In this document: positions 8,641 through 18,040 of the stretch, piece after piece
Numbering within the stretch: the stretch's first letter is position 1
How the letters are laid out: each line of letters begins with the position of its first letter
Assembly (NCBI GenBank): GCA_026396115.1
Contig: JAPLXL010000005.1
Span: 137,316 to 201,315, forward strand
Reading direction: 5' to 3'
Length of the DNA stretch: 64,000 nt
Source of the DNA: Candidatus Nealsonbacteria bacterium
Lineage (GTDB): Bacteria > Patescibacteriota > Minisyncoccia > Minisyncoccales > RBG-13-42-11
Translations under genes and position numbers: made by a program
Notes under the pieces: model-generated
What the model saw: the letters and a program-made list of their open reading frames with translations, nothing else
What the model was told of the DNA's origin: nothing
Databases searched by the model: none

Positions 8641-10578
8641 ATGGTGCATAAACCAAAAACAACAAAAAAAGAGTCAACTTACGAGGCAAAAGACATTTAT
8701 GTCTTAGAAGGCCTTGAACCGGTCAGAAAAAGACCGGGAATGTATATTGGTTCCACGGGACCGGAAGGTCTTCATCATTTAATTTGGGAGTGCGTTGATA
8801 ATAGTTTAGATGAGGCAATGGCTGGCTACGCTAAAAACATTGAACTAATTCTTTTGCCCGGGAATAAAGTTAAAACAACTGATGATGGTAGGGGAATTCC
8901 AGTTGAAAAGCATCCTCAAACGAAAAAATCTGCCCTGGAAACGGTAATGACTACCCTTCATGCCGGAGCAAAATTCGGCGGTAAGGCCTATCAAGTAGCC
9001 GGCGGACTTCATGGGGTTGGAGTTTCGGTGGTTTGTGCTCTTTCAAAATGGATGAGAGTCGAAGTTTGTCGCAACGGTATCCGTCATTGGCAGGAATATG
9101 TGAGAGGAAAAGCCATAACAAAAGTAAAGAAAGGTGAAAGATGCAGACAAATCGGCACCTCGGTTTATTTTGAGCCTGACCCCGAAATTTTCAGCGATAT
9201 TAAATTTGATTTAAAGAAAATTTTAAATCATCTTCGTCAGCAGGCCTATTTAAGCAAAAAAGTAAAAATTATCGTTGTTGACCAGAGAGAAAAACCGGAC
9301 AAATCCTACACTTTTTATTTTGAGGGAGGACTTGCATCTTATGTTAAACATTTAACCAGGGGAGCAGTAAAACGTCATCCGAATATTTATTATGGTTCGG
9401 GAGAGAAAAATGGAATGTTGATTGAGTCCGCTTTTCAATATACCGAAGAATACGAATATTTTGAGGAAAGTTTTGCCAACAATATTTATACTGGCGAAGG
9501 CGGGACGCATTTAACCGGCTTTAGAACCGCCCTGACGAGAACTTTTAATGATTATGCTAAGAAAAATAGTCTTTTAAAGAATAACGATGACAATTTATCG
9601 GGAGAAGATGTCAGAGAAGGGTTTAGCGGCGTAATTTCGGTAAAATTGAAAGATCCTCAATTTGAAGGTCAAACAAAGGCAAAATTAGGAAATCAGGAGG
9701 CAAAAACAGCGGTTGAGACAATAGTTTCTGAAACCCTGTCAGATTTTTTAGAAAGAAATCCTCAAGACGCCCGGGCAATTATTGAAAAATGCATTCTTTC
9801 TTCAAGAGCCAGGAAAGCAGCCAAGGTTGCCAGAGACACTGTTTTAAGAAAAGGTATCTTGGAAGGATTAGCTTTGCCCGGTAAATTGGCTGATTGTACT
9901 TCAAAAAAACCGGAAGAATCAGAACTTTATATTGTTGAAGGGGAGAGTGCCGGAGGTTCAAGCCGCCAAGCCAGAGATAGAAGGTTTCAGGCGATTCTGC
10001 CTTTGAGAGGAAAAATTTTAAATGTTGAGAGGGCACGATTGGATAAGATTTTGTCTTCAAAAGAAATAAGGTCTTTAATCATTGCTTTAGGAACAGCGAT
10101 CGCCGAAGATTTTAATATAAAAAAAGCCAGATATCATCGGATTATCATAATGACTGATGCCGACGTTGATGGTTCGCATATCAGGACTCTTCTTTTAACT
10201 CTTTTTTACCGTTATTTTAGACCTCTTATTGAAGCAGGTTTTTTATATATCGCCCAACCGCCTCTTTATCGTATTCAGGTCGGGAAAAAAATAGAATATG
10301 CTTATAGCGAGGAAGAAAAAAATAAAATTTTAGAAAAAATAAAAAAAGAAAGGACAATTGGTTTATCTCTTCAAAGATATAAAGGTTTGGGAGAAATGAA
10401 TTCCGACCAGTTGTGGGAAACTACCATGAATCCGGAAAAAAGAGTGTTTTTGAAAGTAAATATTGAAGAAGCGAAAGAAGCGGATAGAATTTTTGATATT
10501 TTAATGGGAGATGAAGTTCTGCCTCGAAAGAAATTTATCCAAGCACACGCTAAGAAAGTCAAGAATTTAGACGTGTAA
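8641..10578 (+). CDS. gyrB: DNA gyrase subunit B (ParE not excluded)
   Basis: GHKL ATPase motifs (YVLEGLEPVRKRPGMYIGST, IWECVDNSLDEAMAGY), Toprim EGESAGG, PLRGKILNVE, C-terminal tail. Confidence 0.75.
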   Translation: MVHKPKTTKKESTYEAKDIYVLEGLEPVRKRPGMYIGSTGPEGLHHLIWECVDNSLDEAMAGYAKNIELILLPGNKVKTTDDGRGIPVEKHPQTKKSALETVMTTLHAGAKFGGKAYQVAGGLHGVGVSVVCALSKWMRVEVCRNGIRHWQEYVRGKAITKVKKGERCRQIGTSVYFEPDPEIFSDIKFDLKKILNHLRQQAYLSKKVKIIVVDQREKPDKSYTFYFEGGLASYVKHLTRGAVKRHPNIYYGSGEKNGMLIESAFQYTEEYEYFEESFANNIYTGEGGTHLTGFRTALTRTFNDYAKKNSLLKNNDDNLSGEDVREGFSGVISVKLKDPQFEGQTKAKLGNQEAKTAVETIVSETLSDFLERNPQDARAIIEKCILSSRARKAAKVARDTVLRKGILEGLALPGKLADCTSKKPEESELYIVEGESAGGSSRQARDRRFQAILPLRGKILNVERARLDKILSSKEIRSLIIALGTAIAEDFNIKKARYHRIIIMTDADVDGSHIRTLLLTLFYRYFRPLIEAGFLYIAQPPLYRIQVGKKIEYAYSEEEKNKILEKIKKERTIGLSLQRYKGLGEMNSDQLWETTMNPEKRVFLKVNIEEAKEADRIFDILMGDEVLPRKKFIQAHAKKVKNLDV

Positions 10579-10633
10579 TATATAGTTCTTAGCGTGTCGA
10601 AAAGAGCTTTAGCTCGCAAAAAAGGTTAAAAAC

Positions 10634-10662
10634 CTTGACGTTTAGCCATCTTTCGGTTAACA
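10634..10662 (+). promoter_or_regulatory. candidate promoter for secE-nusG-rplK (TTGACG-17-TAACAT)
   Basis: cttgacgtttagccatctttcggttaacat upstream of secE. Confidence 0.3.
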
Positions 10663-10670
10663 TTTGAAAC

Positions 10671-10871
10671 ATGAACATAGCAAATATTCCAAACAAAGTC
10701 ATCACTTTCTTAAAAGAGGTTAGGATGGAAATGAGAAAAGTTAATTGGCCGACCAAAGAAGAAACCATAAAATATACTTTGATTGTTATTGGAATTTCGG
10801 TTGTTGTGGCTATATTTTTGGGTGGCTTTGATATTTTATTCACCACCTTACTGGAGAGGTTTGTAATCTAA
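10671..10871 (+). CDS. secE: preprotein translocase subunit SecE
   Basis: FLKEVRMEMRKVNWPTKEETIKYT plus a single C-terminal TM; classic secE-nusG-rplK order. Confidence 0.8.
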   Translation: MNIANIPNKVITFLKEVRMEMRKVNWPTKEETIKYTLIVIGISVVVAIFLGGFDILFTTLLERFVI

Positions 10872-10915
10872 AGAGCGAGCCCGTAAGGGCGAGCGATTAA
10901 TTTTGTATTACCACT

Positions 10916-11461
10916 ATGCCCAAACAGCAAATTTCTCAAGACAGAAATTGGTATGTTCTGCACACTTATTCCGGTTATGAGGATGCCGTGGCCAAAGCTT
11001 TAAAACAAAGAGTTGAGTCTTTGGATATGGAAGATAAAATTTTTAACGTTATTGTTCCTAAAGAAAAAAAGATTAAAATTAAAAATGGTAAAAGAAAAAC
11101 GGTCGAAGAAAAAGTTTATCCGGGTTATGTCTTGGTAGAAATGATTGTTACTGACGATAGTTGGTACGTGGTAAGAAACACCCCAAATGTTACGGGGTTT
11201 GTGGGAGCAGGGACAACGCCTGTTCCGGTTTCTAAAGAAGAAATTGAAAATTTAAAAAAACGAATGATGGGAGAAGAGCCCCAATATAAGATAGAAGCGA
11301 AAATAGGCGACTTGGTAAAAATTATTGATGGACCCTTTAAAGATTTTGATGGCAAGATTTCCGAGATTGACCAAGAGCGGGGAAAGATTAAAGTGTTGGT
11401 CAATATATTTGGCAGGGATACTCCCGTTGAGCTGGATTCATTACAAATAAAGAAGTTGTAA
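10916..11461 (+). CDS. nusG: transcription termination/antitermination factor NusG
   Basis: NGN domain (WYVLHTYSGYE) and C-terminal KOW (GDLVKIIDGPFKDFDGKI). Confidence 0.85.
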   Translation: MPKQQISQDRNWYVLHTYSGYEDAVAKALKQRVESLDMEDKIFNVIVPKEKKIKIKNGKRKTVEEKVYPGYVLVEMIVTDDSWYVVRNTPNVTGFVGAGTTPVPVSKEEIENLKKRMMGEEPQYKIEAKIGDLVKIIDGPFKDFDGKISEIDQERGKIKVLVNIFGRDTPVELDSLQIKKL

Positions 11462-11467
11462 AAAAAC

Positions 11468-11887
11468 ATGGCAAAAAGAGTAAAAGCAATCGTAAAACTT
11501 CAAATTAAAGCTGGTCAGGCAACGCCTGCTCCGCCGGTTGGCCCGGCTTTGGCTCAGTACGTGAATATATCCGAATTTTGCCAAAGATTTAATGACGCCA
11601 CAAAAAATAATCAGGGCTTTACAGTCCCGGTTGAAATTAAGGTCTATGAAGATAGAACTTATGATTTTGTATTAAAACAGCCGCCGGCTTCTGAATTATT
11701 GAAAAAAGCAGCCGGTATTGAAAAGGGTTCGGGAGAGCCGAATAAAACAAAGGTGGCCAAAATAACCAAAGCCCAACTCAGAGAAATAGCCAAGACCAAA
11801 ATGCCCGATTTAAATGCAACTGACCTTGAAAGTGCAATGAAAATTATTGAAGGCACCGCTCGCAATATGGGAATAACTATTGAGTAA
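11468..11887 (+). CDS. rplK: 50S ribosomal protein L11
   Basis: [30 protein letters not shown]... N-terminus typical of L11. Confidence 0.9.
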   Translation: MAKRVKAIVKLQIKAGQATPAPPVGPALAQYVNISEFCQRFNDATKNNQGFTVPVEIKVYEDRTYDFVLKQPPASELLKKAAGIEKGSGEPNKTKVAKITKAQLREIAKTKMPDLNATDLESAMKIIEGTARNMGITIE

Positions 11888-11889
11888 TT

Positions 11890-12435
11890 ATGCCAAGGAT
11901 ATCAAAAGAAGAATACTATTTAAATATTGCCAAAGAAGTTGCCGAGAGGTCAACCTGTTTTAGAAATAAAGGCGGAGCAATTATTGTTAGGGGAGATCAA
12001 ATTGTGGCTACAGGTTTTATCGGCGCACCCCGAAAAACAAAAGATTGTTTTGAAAGGGGAGAATGCTTAAGAGACAAATTAAAAATTCCCCACGGCAGGA
12101 ATTATGAAATCTGTCGCTCGGTGCACGCGGAGCAAAATTGCATAATCAACGCAGCAAGAGCAGGAGTTACTTTATTTGGTGGAGACATTTATATTTACTG
12201 TAAAAATCCAAAAGACAACATAAAAAGAGATAGTTTTCCTTGTTTTATTTGTAAAAAAATGATTATTAATTCTGGCTTAAATAGAGTAATTTGCTCAACT
12301 AAAACCGGTGAGATAAAAATATTTCAAGTAGAAGATTGGGTTAAAGAGTGGCAGGAAAAAGACATTTTGGATGATAAATTTCAATTCGGAAAAGATTTAA
12401 ATTTGAAAGAAAATTTTAAAGATGATTTGGGATAA
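11890..12435 (+). CDS. dCMP deaminase (ComEB/CDA family zinc deaminase)
   Basis: HAEQNCIINAA and PCFICKKMI zinc-ligand motifs; occupies the position where rplA is normally found. Confidence 0.75.
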   Translation: MPRISKEEYYLNIAKEVAERSTCFRNKGGAIIVRGDQIVATGFIGAPRKTKDCFERGECLRDKLKIPHGRNYEICRSVHAEQNCIINAARAGVTLFGGDIYIYCKNPKDNIKRDSFPCFICKKMIINSGLNRVICSTKTGEIKIFQVEDWVKEWQEKDILDDKFQFGKDLNLKENFKDDLG

Positions 12436-12488
12436 AAAATTCAAAAATAAAATAGTTCTTTAAATTTAAGAAGAAGGAGGGAAAAAAG

Positions 12489-13067
12489 ATGAAAAAAGTG
12501 AAAAAGCGAGGATGGATTGAAGTTGTTACTGGTCCGATGTTTTCGGGCAAGAGCGAGGAGCTGATCCGCCGCTTGGTACGGGCCCAGATAGCCCGTCAGA
12601 AGGTTCAGGTCTTCAAACATTCAGCCGATGATCGTTATTCGCCTGACGAATTAGTAGTCCACCCCGGGGTTATTCGTCATGAGGCAATAGCGGTCCCAAA
12701 TGCAAGAACCTTGTTAGAGTTGGCTGATCCTGACACCGATGTCGTGGCTATCGATGAGGCTCAGTTTTTTGGCGGTGATCTTCCTGAAGTCTGTAACGAA
12801 CTGGCCGATAGAGGTATCCGGGTGATCGCAGCCGGGCTAGACATGGACTTTCGCGGTGAGCCCTTTGGGCAAATGCCAATTATTTTAGCCATAGCCGAAA
12901 AGGCGGATAAACTTTCGGCTATTTGTGTAAAATGCGGAGAACCGGCTACCCGTAGTCAACGCCTGATTAATGATCATCCGGCTTCTTATGATGACCCGAT
13001 TATTGTTGTAGGAGCTAAAGAAATGTACGAAGCCCGTTGTCGTCATTGTTATAAAGTGAAAAAATAA
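12489..13067 (+). CDS. tdk: thymidine kinase; markedly GC-rich relative to its neighbours, with its own AAGGAGG RBS
   Basis: P-loop [14 protein letters not shown] and a C-terminal zinc ribbon (CVKCG...CRHC); the codon usage and GC differ visibly from the flanking genes. Confidence 0.85.
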   Translation: MKKVKKRGWIEVVTGPMFSGKSEELIRRLVRAQIARQKVQVFKHSADDRYSPDELVVHPGVIRHEAIAVPNARTLLELADPDTDVVAIDEAQFFGGDLPEVCNELADRGIRVIAAGLDMDFRGEPFGQMPIILAIAEKADKLSAICVKCGEPATRSQRLINDHPASYDDPIIVVGAKEMYEARCRHCYKVKK

Positions 13068-13073
13068 AAAAAA

Positions 13074-13107
13074 TGGCCAACCTTGTATGGTTGGCCAATT
13101 TTTTTTT
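13074..13107 (+). terminator. intrinsic terminator after tdk
   Basis: tggccaacc-ttgtat-ggttggcca hairpin followed by a T9 run. Confidence 0.6.
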
Positions 13108-13125
13108 ATATGGTATTATATTTTA

Positions 13126-13842
13126 ATGAGAAAGAATCCTTATCCAGGAAAACTTATTGTTTTGGAAGGATTGGACGGTTCTGGTAAATCTACCCAAACG
13201 AATTTATTAATTTCTCATTTAAAAAAGGAGGGATATAAAACTGCGATAATAGATTTTCCCCAATATGGAACAAAATCGGCTGGTCTTATAGAAGAATATT
13301 TAAATGGAAAATATGGTTCGGCATTGGAGGTGGGACCTTATCGGGCTTCTATCTTTTATGCCTGCGATCGCTACGATGCTTCTTTTAAAATAAGAAAATG
13401 GTTAAAAGAAGGAAGAATAGTTATTTCTGATAGATATGTTGCTTCAAATATTGGCCATCAAGGGGGAAAAATTAAAAATAAAGAAGAAAGAAAAACATTT
13501 TTGAAATGGTTATATAATCTTGAATATAATATTTTTGGCATTCCAAAACCTGATATTACTTTTCTTTTAAAAACTTCTCCCAAATTAGCTCGAGAAATGG
13601 CGCCAAAAATAACAGACAAAAAGAAAAAGAAAAAAAGAATTGCCTATTTAGGAAGTAAAACAAGAGATATCCATGAAAGTGATTTAAATCATTTAACCAA
13701 AGCCCTTAATTCTTATTTAGAAACAGCCAAAGAATTTCCAAAAGAATTTAAAATGATAGAATGCATGAAAAATAACAAATTCATACCTCCGGAAATAATT
13801 CATCAAGAAATTATTAAAATTGTAAACAGTAAATTAAGATAA
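13126..13842 (+). CDS. tmk: thymidylate (dTMP) kinase
   Basis: LIVLEGLDGSGKSTQTNLL P-loop and DRY motif (ISDRY); the start was moved to the internal Met to clear the tdk terminator. Confidence 0.8.
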   Translation: MRKNPYPGKLIVLEGLDGSGKSTQTNLLISHLKKEGYKTAIIDFPQYGTKSAGLIEEYLNGKYGSALEVGPYRASIFYACDRYDASFKIRKWLKEGRIVISDRYVASNIGHQGGKIKNKEERKTFLKWLYNLEYNIFGIPKPDITFLLKTSPKLAREMAPKITDKKKKKKRIAYLGSKTRDIHESDLNHLTKALNSYLETAKEFPKEFKMIECMKNNKFIPPEIIHQEIIKIVNSKLR

Positions 13843-13847
13843 ATAAA

Positions 13848-14501
13848 ATGGCAGAGATTTTAAAAAACGCAGGCAGTCATCGGATTTTGGCGATAATGGC
13901 GGGAATTGATGGTAAAAATTCTTTGCAATTGATTGAAGTAGCCGGGCGGACGGCTTATCAGAGCAGAGATAAGATTACTGACGAGTCAGCAGTCAGATTT
14001 GTAAAAATGCTTAGAGATAGGGGTCATGAAAGCGTTCTTGAACACTCTTGTATGACAGTGGAGTTTAACGATGTTTGCCGGGGTTTTACTCACGAGCTGG
14101 TTCGCCACAGAATTGCGGCTTTTACCCAGGAATCAACCCGCTATGTTGATGAAAGTAATTTCAGGGTAGTTGTTCCGCCGGACAAAGACCCCGATGAAAA
14201 AATAGTAGAATTGGATTTTCCAGATGGTACGAAAATAAAAATTTCCTTTCGAGAATGGATGGAATTAAACGAACAGATGTATCAAGGATTAAGAAAAGCA
14301 AATTGGGTTGCTCAAGATGCTAGACAGGTTCTGCCCATTGGTATTAAATCGCAAATTGTAATGACAGCCAATTTTCGGGAGTGGCGGCACGTTTTTAAAC
14401 TAAGAACCACCCCCAATGCTCACTGGGAAATTCGTCGGGTGATGACAAATCTTTTGAACGATGTTAAACAGCGAATACCGGTGATATTTGATGATCTTTA
14501 A
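13848..14501 (+). CDS. thyX: flavin-dependent thymidylate synthase ThyX
   Basis: ThyX signature RHRIAAFTQESTRY (RHRxxxxxxxSxRY). Confidence 0.8.
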   Translation: MAEILKNAGSHRILAIMAGIDGKNSLQLIEVAGRTAYQSRDKITDESAVRFVKMLRDRGHESVLEHSCMTVEFNDVCRGFTHELVRHRIAAFTQESTRYVDESNFRVVVPPDKDPDEKIVELDFPDGTKIKISFREWMELNEQMYQGLRKANWVAQDARQVLPIGIKSQIVMTANFREWRHVFKLRTTPNAHWEIRRVMTNLLNDVKQRIPVIFDDL

Positions 14502-14516
14502 ACAGAAATCAAAAAA

Positions 14517-15842
14517 ATGAAACTTTCTAAAACCGATCTTAAAATTTACGTTTTAATCAAAAAAGAAATTCAGCGCCAAAAAGATGGCTTGGTTTTGATT
14601 CCTTCGGAAAATTACGCCAGCCCGGCCGTACTCTCTAGCATGGGTACGCCTTTAAGCAATAAGTATTCCGAAGGTTATCCAAAAAAGCGATATTACGGCG
14701 GCAATGAATTTATTGACCAAATTGAACAAATTGCTATTGACCGGGCAAAAAAATTATTTAAAGCAGAACATGCCAACGTTCAACCGCATTCCGGTTCTCA
14801 GGCAAATGCCGCAGTCTATCTGGGTTTATTAAATTACCGCGATAAAATTTTGGGAATTGATTTGTCAGCCGGCGGACATTTGACTCACGGCTCTCCGGTT
14901 AATTTTTCGGGTAAATTATATAAATTTGCTTATTATGGAGTTAATCCAAAAACAGAAAGGGTTGACTTGAAAGAAGTAGAAAAAATCGCCCTCAAGTTTA
15001 AGCCAAAGCTAATTATTATCAGCACTACTTCTTATTCAAGGACCCTTAATTTTAAGGCCTTCCGAAAAATTGCCGATAAAGTTGGAGCTTACTTGATGGC
15101 AGACATTGCCCATATTGCCGGTTTGGTGGTAACCGGTCTTCATCCTCACCCTTTTCCTTATTGCGATGTGGTTACCACCACCACTCACAAAACCTTAAGA
15201 GGCCCTCGTGGCGGATTAATATTGTCTAAAATCAAAGATAGATTGGATGCAAAAGGAAAACTCAATTTAGCTCAAAAAATTGATAAAGCTGTTTTTCCGG
15301 GGACGCAGGGAGGACCCTTAGATCATGTTATTGCTGCCAAAGCCGTTTGCTTTTTGGAAGCAATGAAACCTACTTTCAAAAAATATCAAAAGCAGATACT
15401 TATTAACGCCAAAGCTATGGCTGATGAATTCATAAAACAGGGGATAAGAGTGGTTAGCTGTGGCACAGACAACCATTTAATGGTCATCGACGTTTCTCCT
15501 TTTGGAGACAGTTCTAAAAGAATCCAGGACGAATTGGATAAAGTTGGAATTTATGTTAATCGCAACTCCATTCCGTTTGATAAAAGACCGCCCTATAATC
15601 CTTCGGGCATCAGATTGGGATCACCGGCCATTACCAGCCGGGGATTAAAAGAAAAAGAGTGCCGATATATTGTGCGACTGATTGTCAGATTAATAAAAAA
15701 TATTAACAACCAAGAAATTAAAAACCGAGCCCCACGTCAGTGGAGCGAAGGTGGAAAAGAGAACGAAGTTCTCTTTGACATAAAAAAAGAAGTTAGCAGA
15801 ATTACAAAAAAATTCCCCATCTATGCGGATTTTCAATGGTAA
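14517..15842 (+). CDS. glyA: serine hydroxymethyltransferase
   Basis: PLP-binding region TTTTHKTLRGPRGG and overall SHMT architecture. Confidence 0.9.
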   Translation: MKLSKTDLKIYVLIKKEIQRQKDGLVLIPSENYASPAVLSSMGTPLSNKYSEGYPKKRYYGGNEFIDQIEQIAIDRAKKLFKAEHANVQPHSGSQANAAVYLGLLNYRDKILGIDLSAGGHLTHGSPVNFSGKLYKFAYYGVNPKTERVDLKEVEKIALKFKPKLIIISTTSYSRTLNFKAFRKIADKVGAYLMADIAHIAGLVVTGLHPHPFPYCDVVTTTTHKTLRGPRGGLILSKIKDRLDAKGKLNLAQKIDKAVFPGTQGGPLDHVIAAKAVCFLEAMKPTFKKYQKQILINAKAMADEFIKQGIRVVSCGTDNHLMVIDVSPFGDSSKRIQDELDKVGIYVNRNSIPFDKRPPYNPSGIRLGSPAITSRGLKEKECRYIVRLIVRLIKNINNQEIKNRAPRQWSEGGKENEVLFDIKKEVSRITKKFPIYADFQW

Positions 15843-16746
15843 AAAAGAAGCTGAAAAAATCTTATTGGATTTAGGAAAAAGAATATCTAAAGAAAAACTT
15901 AAGCCTAAATTAGCCGTAATCCTGGTTGGCGAGGATAAAGCATCGAGGCTCTACATAAAATTAAAAAGAAAAGCGGCCAAAAAAATTAGTATAAAATTAG
16001 TTCTTTATAAGTTCAAAGAAGCCACAGTAGAAGAAAAAATTATTCAAAAAATAAAAACTTTAAACAATAATTCTTCAATTCATGGAATTATTGTTCAATT
16101 ACCTCTTCCTAAAAAATTCAACCAGAATAAAATTGTCGGGGCGGTAAATCCCAAAAAAGACGTTGACGGTTTTCAAAAAAACGGTTGGTTTCTGCCGGTA
16201 TTGCCTTCGGCAATTTTATTTACTATTAAAAAGGCAATGAAAACATCTTTCAAAAAAAAGAAGGTCGTGGCACTGGTAAATTCAAAGATTTTCGGGCAAA
16301 GGCTTAAATCTTTTTTTAAAAAAGAGGGAATAGAATTAGATTATATTTTAAGGAAAAAGCATTCTTTTACCGAGCTTCCGAGGGAAGCGAGCTCGAAGAA
16401 CATTCATTCTTCTCGACCCTTCGCTGCGACTCGGGTAGATGAAGAAGAAGATTTTATCTCTTCGACTTTTGAAAATAAAAATAAATTGAAAAGGGCAGAT
16501 ATTATTATTACAGTTTTGGGTTCCCCCAATGCAATTTGGGGTGATATGATAAAGAAGAAGGCAATTTTAATTGACGCCGGCATTAGTAAAATTGCAGCAA
16601 AAAAAGTGGTTGGCGACGTAAATAGAGAAAGCGTAAAAGAAAAAGCAGCTTTCTTAACTCCGGTACCAGGCGGCATCGGCCCCTTAACGGTCGCTTTATT
16701 ATTAAAAAACGTTTATTATGCGGCAAAATATAGCCAAGTTAATTGA
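15823..16746 (+). CDS. folD: bifunctional methylene-THF dehydrogenase/cyclohydrolase FolD, with an in-frame composite mini-element insertion
   Basis: N-terminal KLKPKLAVILVGEDKASRLYIKLKRKAAKK and C-terminal TPVPGGIGPLTVALLLKN; the inserted ~33-aa segment FTELPREASSKNIHSSRPFAATRVDEEEDFISS is a repeat copy. Confidence 0.8.
   Translation: MRIFNGKKEAEKILLDLGKRISKEKLKPKLAVILVGEDKASRLYIKLKRKAAKKISIKLVLYKFKEATVEEKIIQKIKTLNNNSSIHGIIVQLPLPKKFNQNKIVGAVNPKKDVDGFQKNGWFLPVLPSAILFTIKKAMKTSFKKKKVVALVNSKIFGQRLKSFFKKEGIELDYILRKKHSFTELPREASSKNIHSSRPFAATRVDEEEDFISSTFENKNKLKRADIIITVLGSPNAIWGDMIKKKAILIDAGISKIAAKKVVGDVNRESVKEKAAFLTPVPGGIGPLTVALLLKNVYYAAKYSQVN
16368..16466. repeat. composite mini-element (about 2 units), in-frame in folD
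   Basis: ttaccgagcttccgagggaagcgagctcgaagaacattcattcttctcgacccttcgctgcgactcgggtagatgaagaagaagattttatctcttcg. Confidence 0.7.
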
Positions 16747-17416
16747 CCAAACATTTCTTAAGAAAGGAGCAACTGAGGAAGAAATAAAAAAGGTTTGCCA
16801 GGAAACAAAGGAATACGATTTTCGGGGTTTTTGTATTTTCCCGGAATATACAAAATTAGCCAAAGAATTTCTTAAAGACACCGATATTAAGGTTACGACC
16901 TTGATAGATGAGCCAACCGGCGCCAGTTTGCACGAAGAAAGGATTAAAATGGTAAAGAAAGCTAAAGATGAGGGTTCCGACGAAGTTGATGTGGTAATGA
17001 AAATAGATGATTTTAAGAATGGAAAATACGACGAGGTTTTAAATGATTTAAAAGAAATCTGCAAGATTCTGCCGGTAAAAGTAATTATTGGTTCAGGTTA
17101 CCTGACTGACGAAGAAATTAAAAAGGCATCGGAAATTGTTAAGGTCTCGGGAGCAATTTGCGTAAAAACTGCCACTATAAACGATCCTTTGGACCGGTCG
17201 GAGTTGCCGGAAAAGGCAAAACATATCAGGATTATGAAAGAATCGGCCCCCGGTTTATTGGTTAAAGCGGCGGGCTCCATCAGAAATTTGCAGGACTTGG
17301 AAATGATGGTTGCCTCGGGAGCTGATATTATAGGCACCAGTTCCGGAGTTGAAATAGCAAATGAGGCAACAGAAAAAGAAACAAAAGCAACAAAAGACGG
17401 CAGATTAGTTGAATAA
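16718..17416 (+). CDS. deoC: deoxyribose-phosphate aldolase
   Basis: LIDQTFLKKGATEEEI..., catalytic Lys region CVKTATI, GADIIGTSSG. Confidence 0.75.
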   Translation: MRQNIAKLIDQTFLKKGATEEEIKKVCQETKEYDFRGFCIFPEYTKLAKEFLKDTDIKVTTLIDEPTGASLHEERIKMVKKAKDEGSDEVDVVMKIDDFKNGKYDEVLNDLKEICKILPVKVIIGSGYLTDEEIKKASEIVKVSGAICVKTATINDPLDRSELPEKAKHIRIMKESAPGLLVKAAGSIRNLQDLEMMVASGADIIGTSSGVEIANEATEKETKATKDGRLVE

Positions 17417-17431
17417 AATTAAAACATAGTC

Positions 17432-18037
17432 ATGAAACTCTTAATTGCCAGTCATAATCCTGCCAAAGTAGAAGAGTACAAACATTATTTATCCGATTTA
17501 CTATTAGAGTTTATCTCTCTATCCGATTTAAATATCAAAGAAGAAGCGCCAGAAGATGGCAAGACCTTCAAAGAAAACGCAGTAAAAAAAGCCAAATTTT
17601 ACCATAAATTAACCGGCTTGCCGGTGATTGCTGATGACGGTGGATTAATGATAGATGTTTTAAACGGTGCCCCGGGCGTAAAAAGCCGACACTGGTTAGG
17701 TTATAAAATGACTGATGAAGAGATGATTCAGTCTGTAATTGAGAAGATGAAAGATATTCCAGAAGGCAAAAGAACTTGTCATTTGGTTGGGGTATTAGCT
17801 TTAGTAATGCCCGATGGCAAAATTCATACCCAATGGGCACAAATTGACGGGGTAGTAGCTCAGATACCGACCGGAAAAAGATTGAATGGTTATCCTTATC
17901 GCTCATTTTTTTACCTGCCAGAATTTAAAAAATTCTATCTTGAATTAACTGATAAAGAACACGAGCAAATGAATCACCGGAAAATTGCTTTATTAAAATT
18001 GAAGCCATATTTATTAAAATTAGTTAACGGATATTAA
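17432..18037 (+). CDS. rdgB: non-canonical purine NTP pyrophosphatase (Ham1/RdgB, ITPase)
   Basis: MKLLIASHNPAKVEEY, ADDGGLMIDVLNGAPGVKSRHW. Confidence 0.8.
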   Translation: MKLLIASHNPAKVEEYKHYLSDLLLEFISLSDLNIKEEAPEDGKTFKENAVKKAKFYHKLTGLPVIADDGGLMIDVLNGAPGVKSRHWLGYKMTDEEMIQSVIEKMKDIPEGKRTCHLVGVLALVMPDGKIHTQWAQIDGVVAQIPTGKRLNGYPYRSFFYLPEFKKFYLELTDKEHEQMNHRKIALLKLKPYLLKLVNGY

Positions 18038-18040
18038 CAT

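Noticed and set aside
10589-10846. Minus-strand 85-aa ORF
   Set aside because: Antisense to secE and its promoter region.
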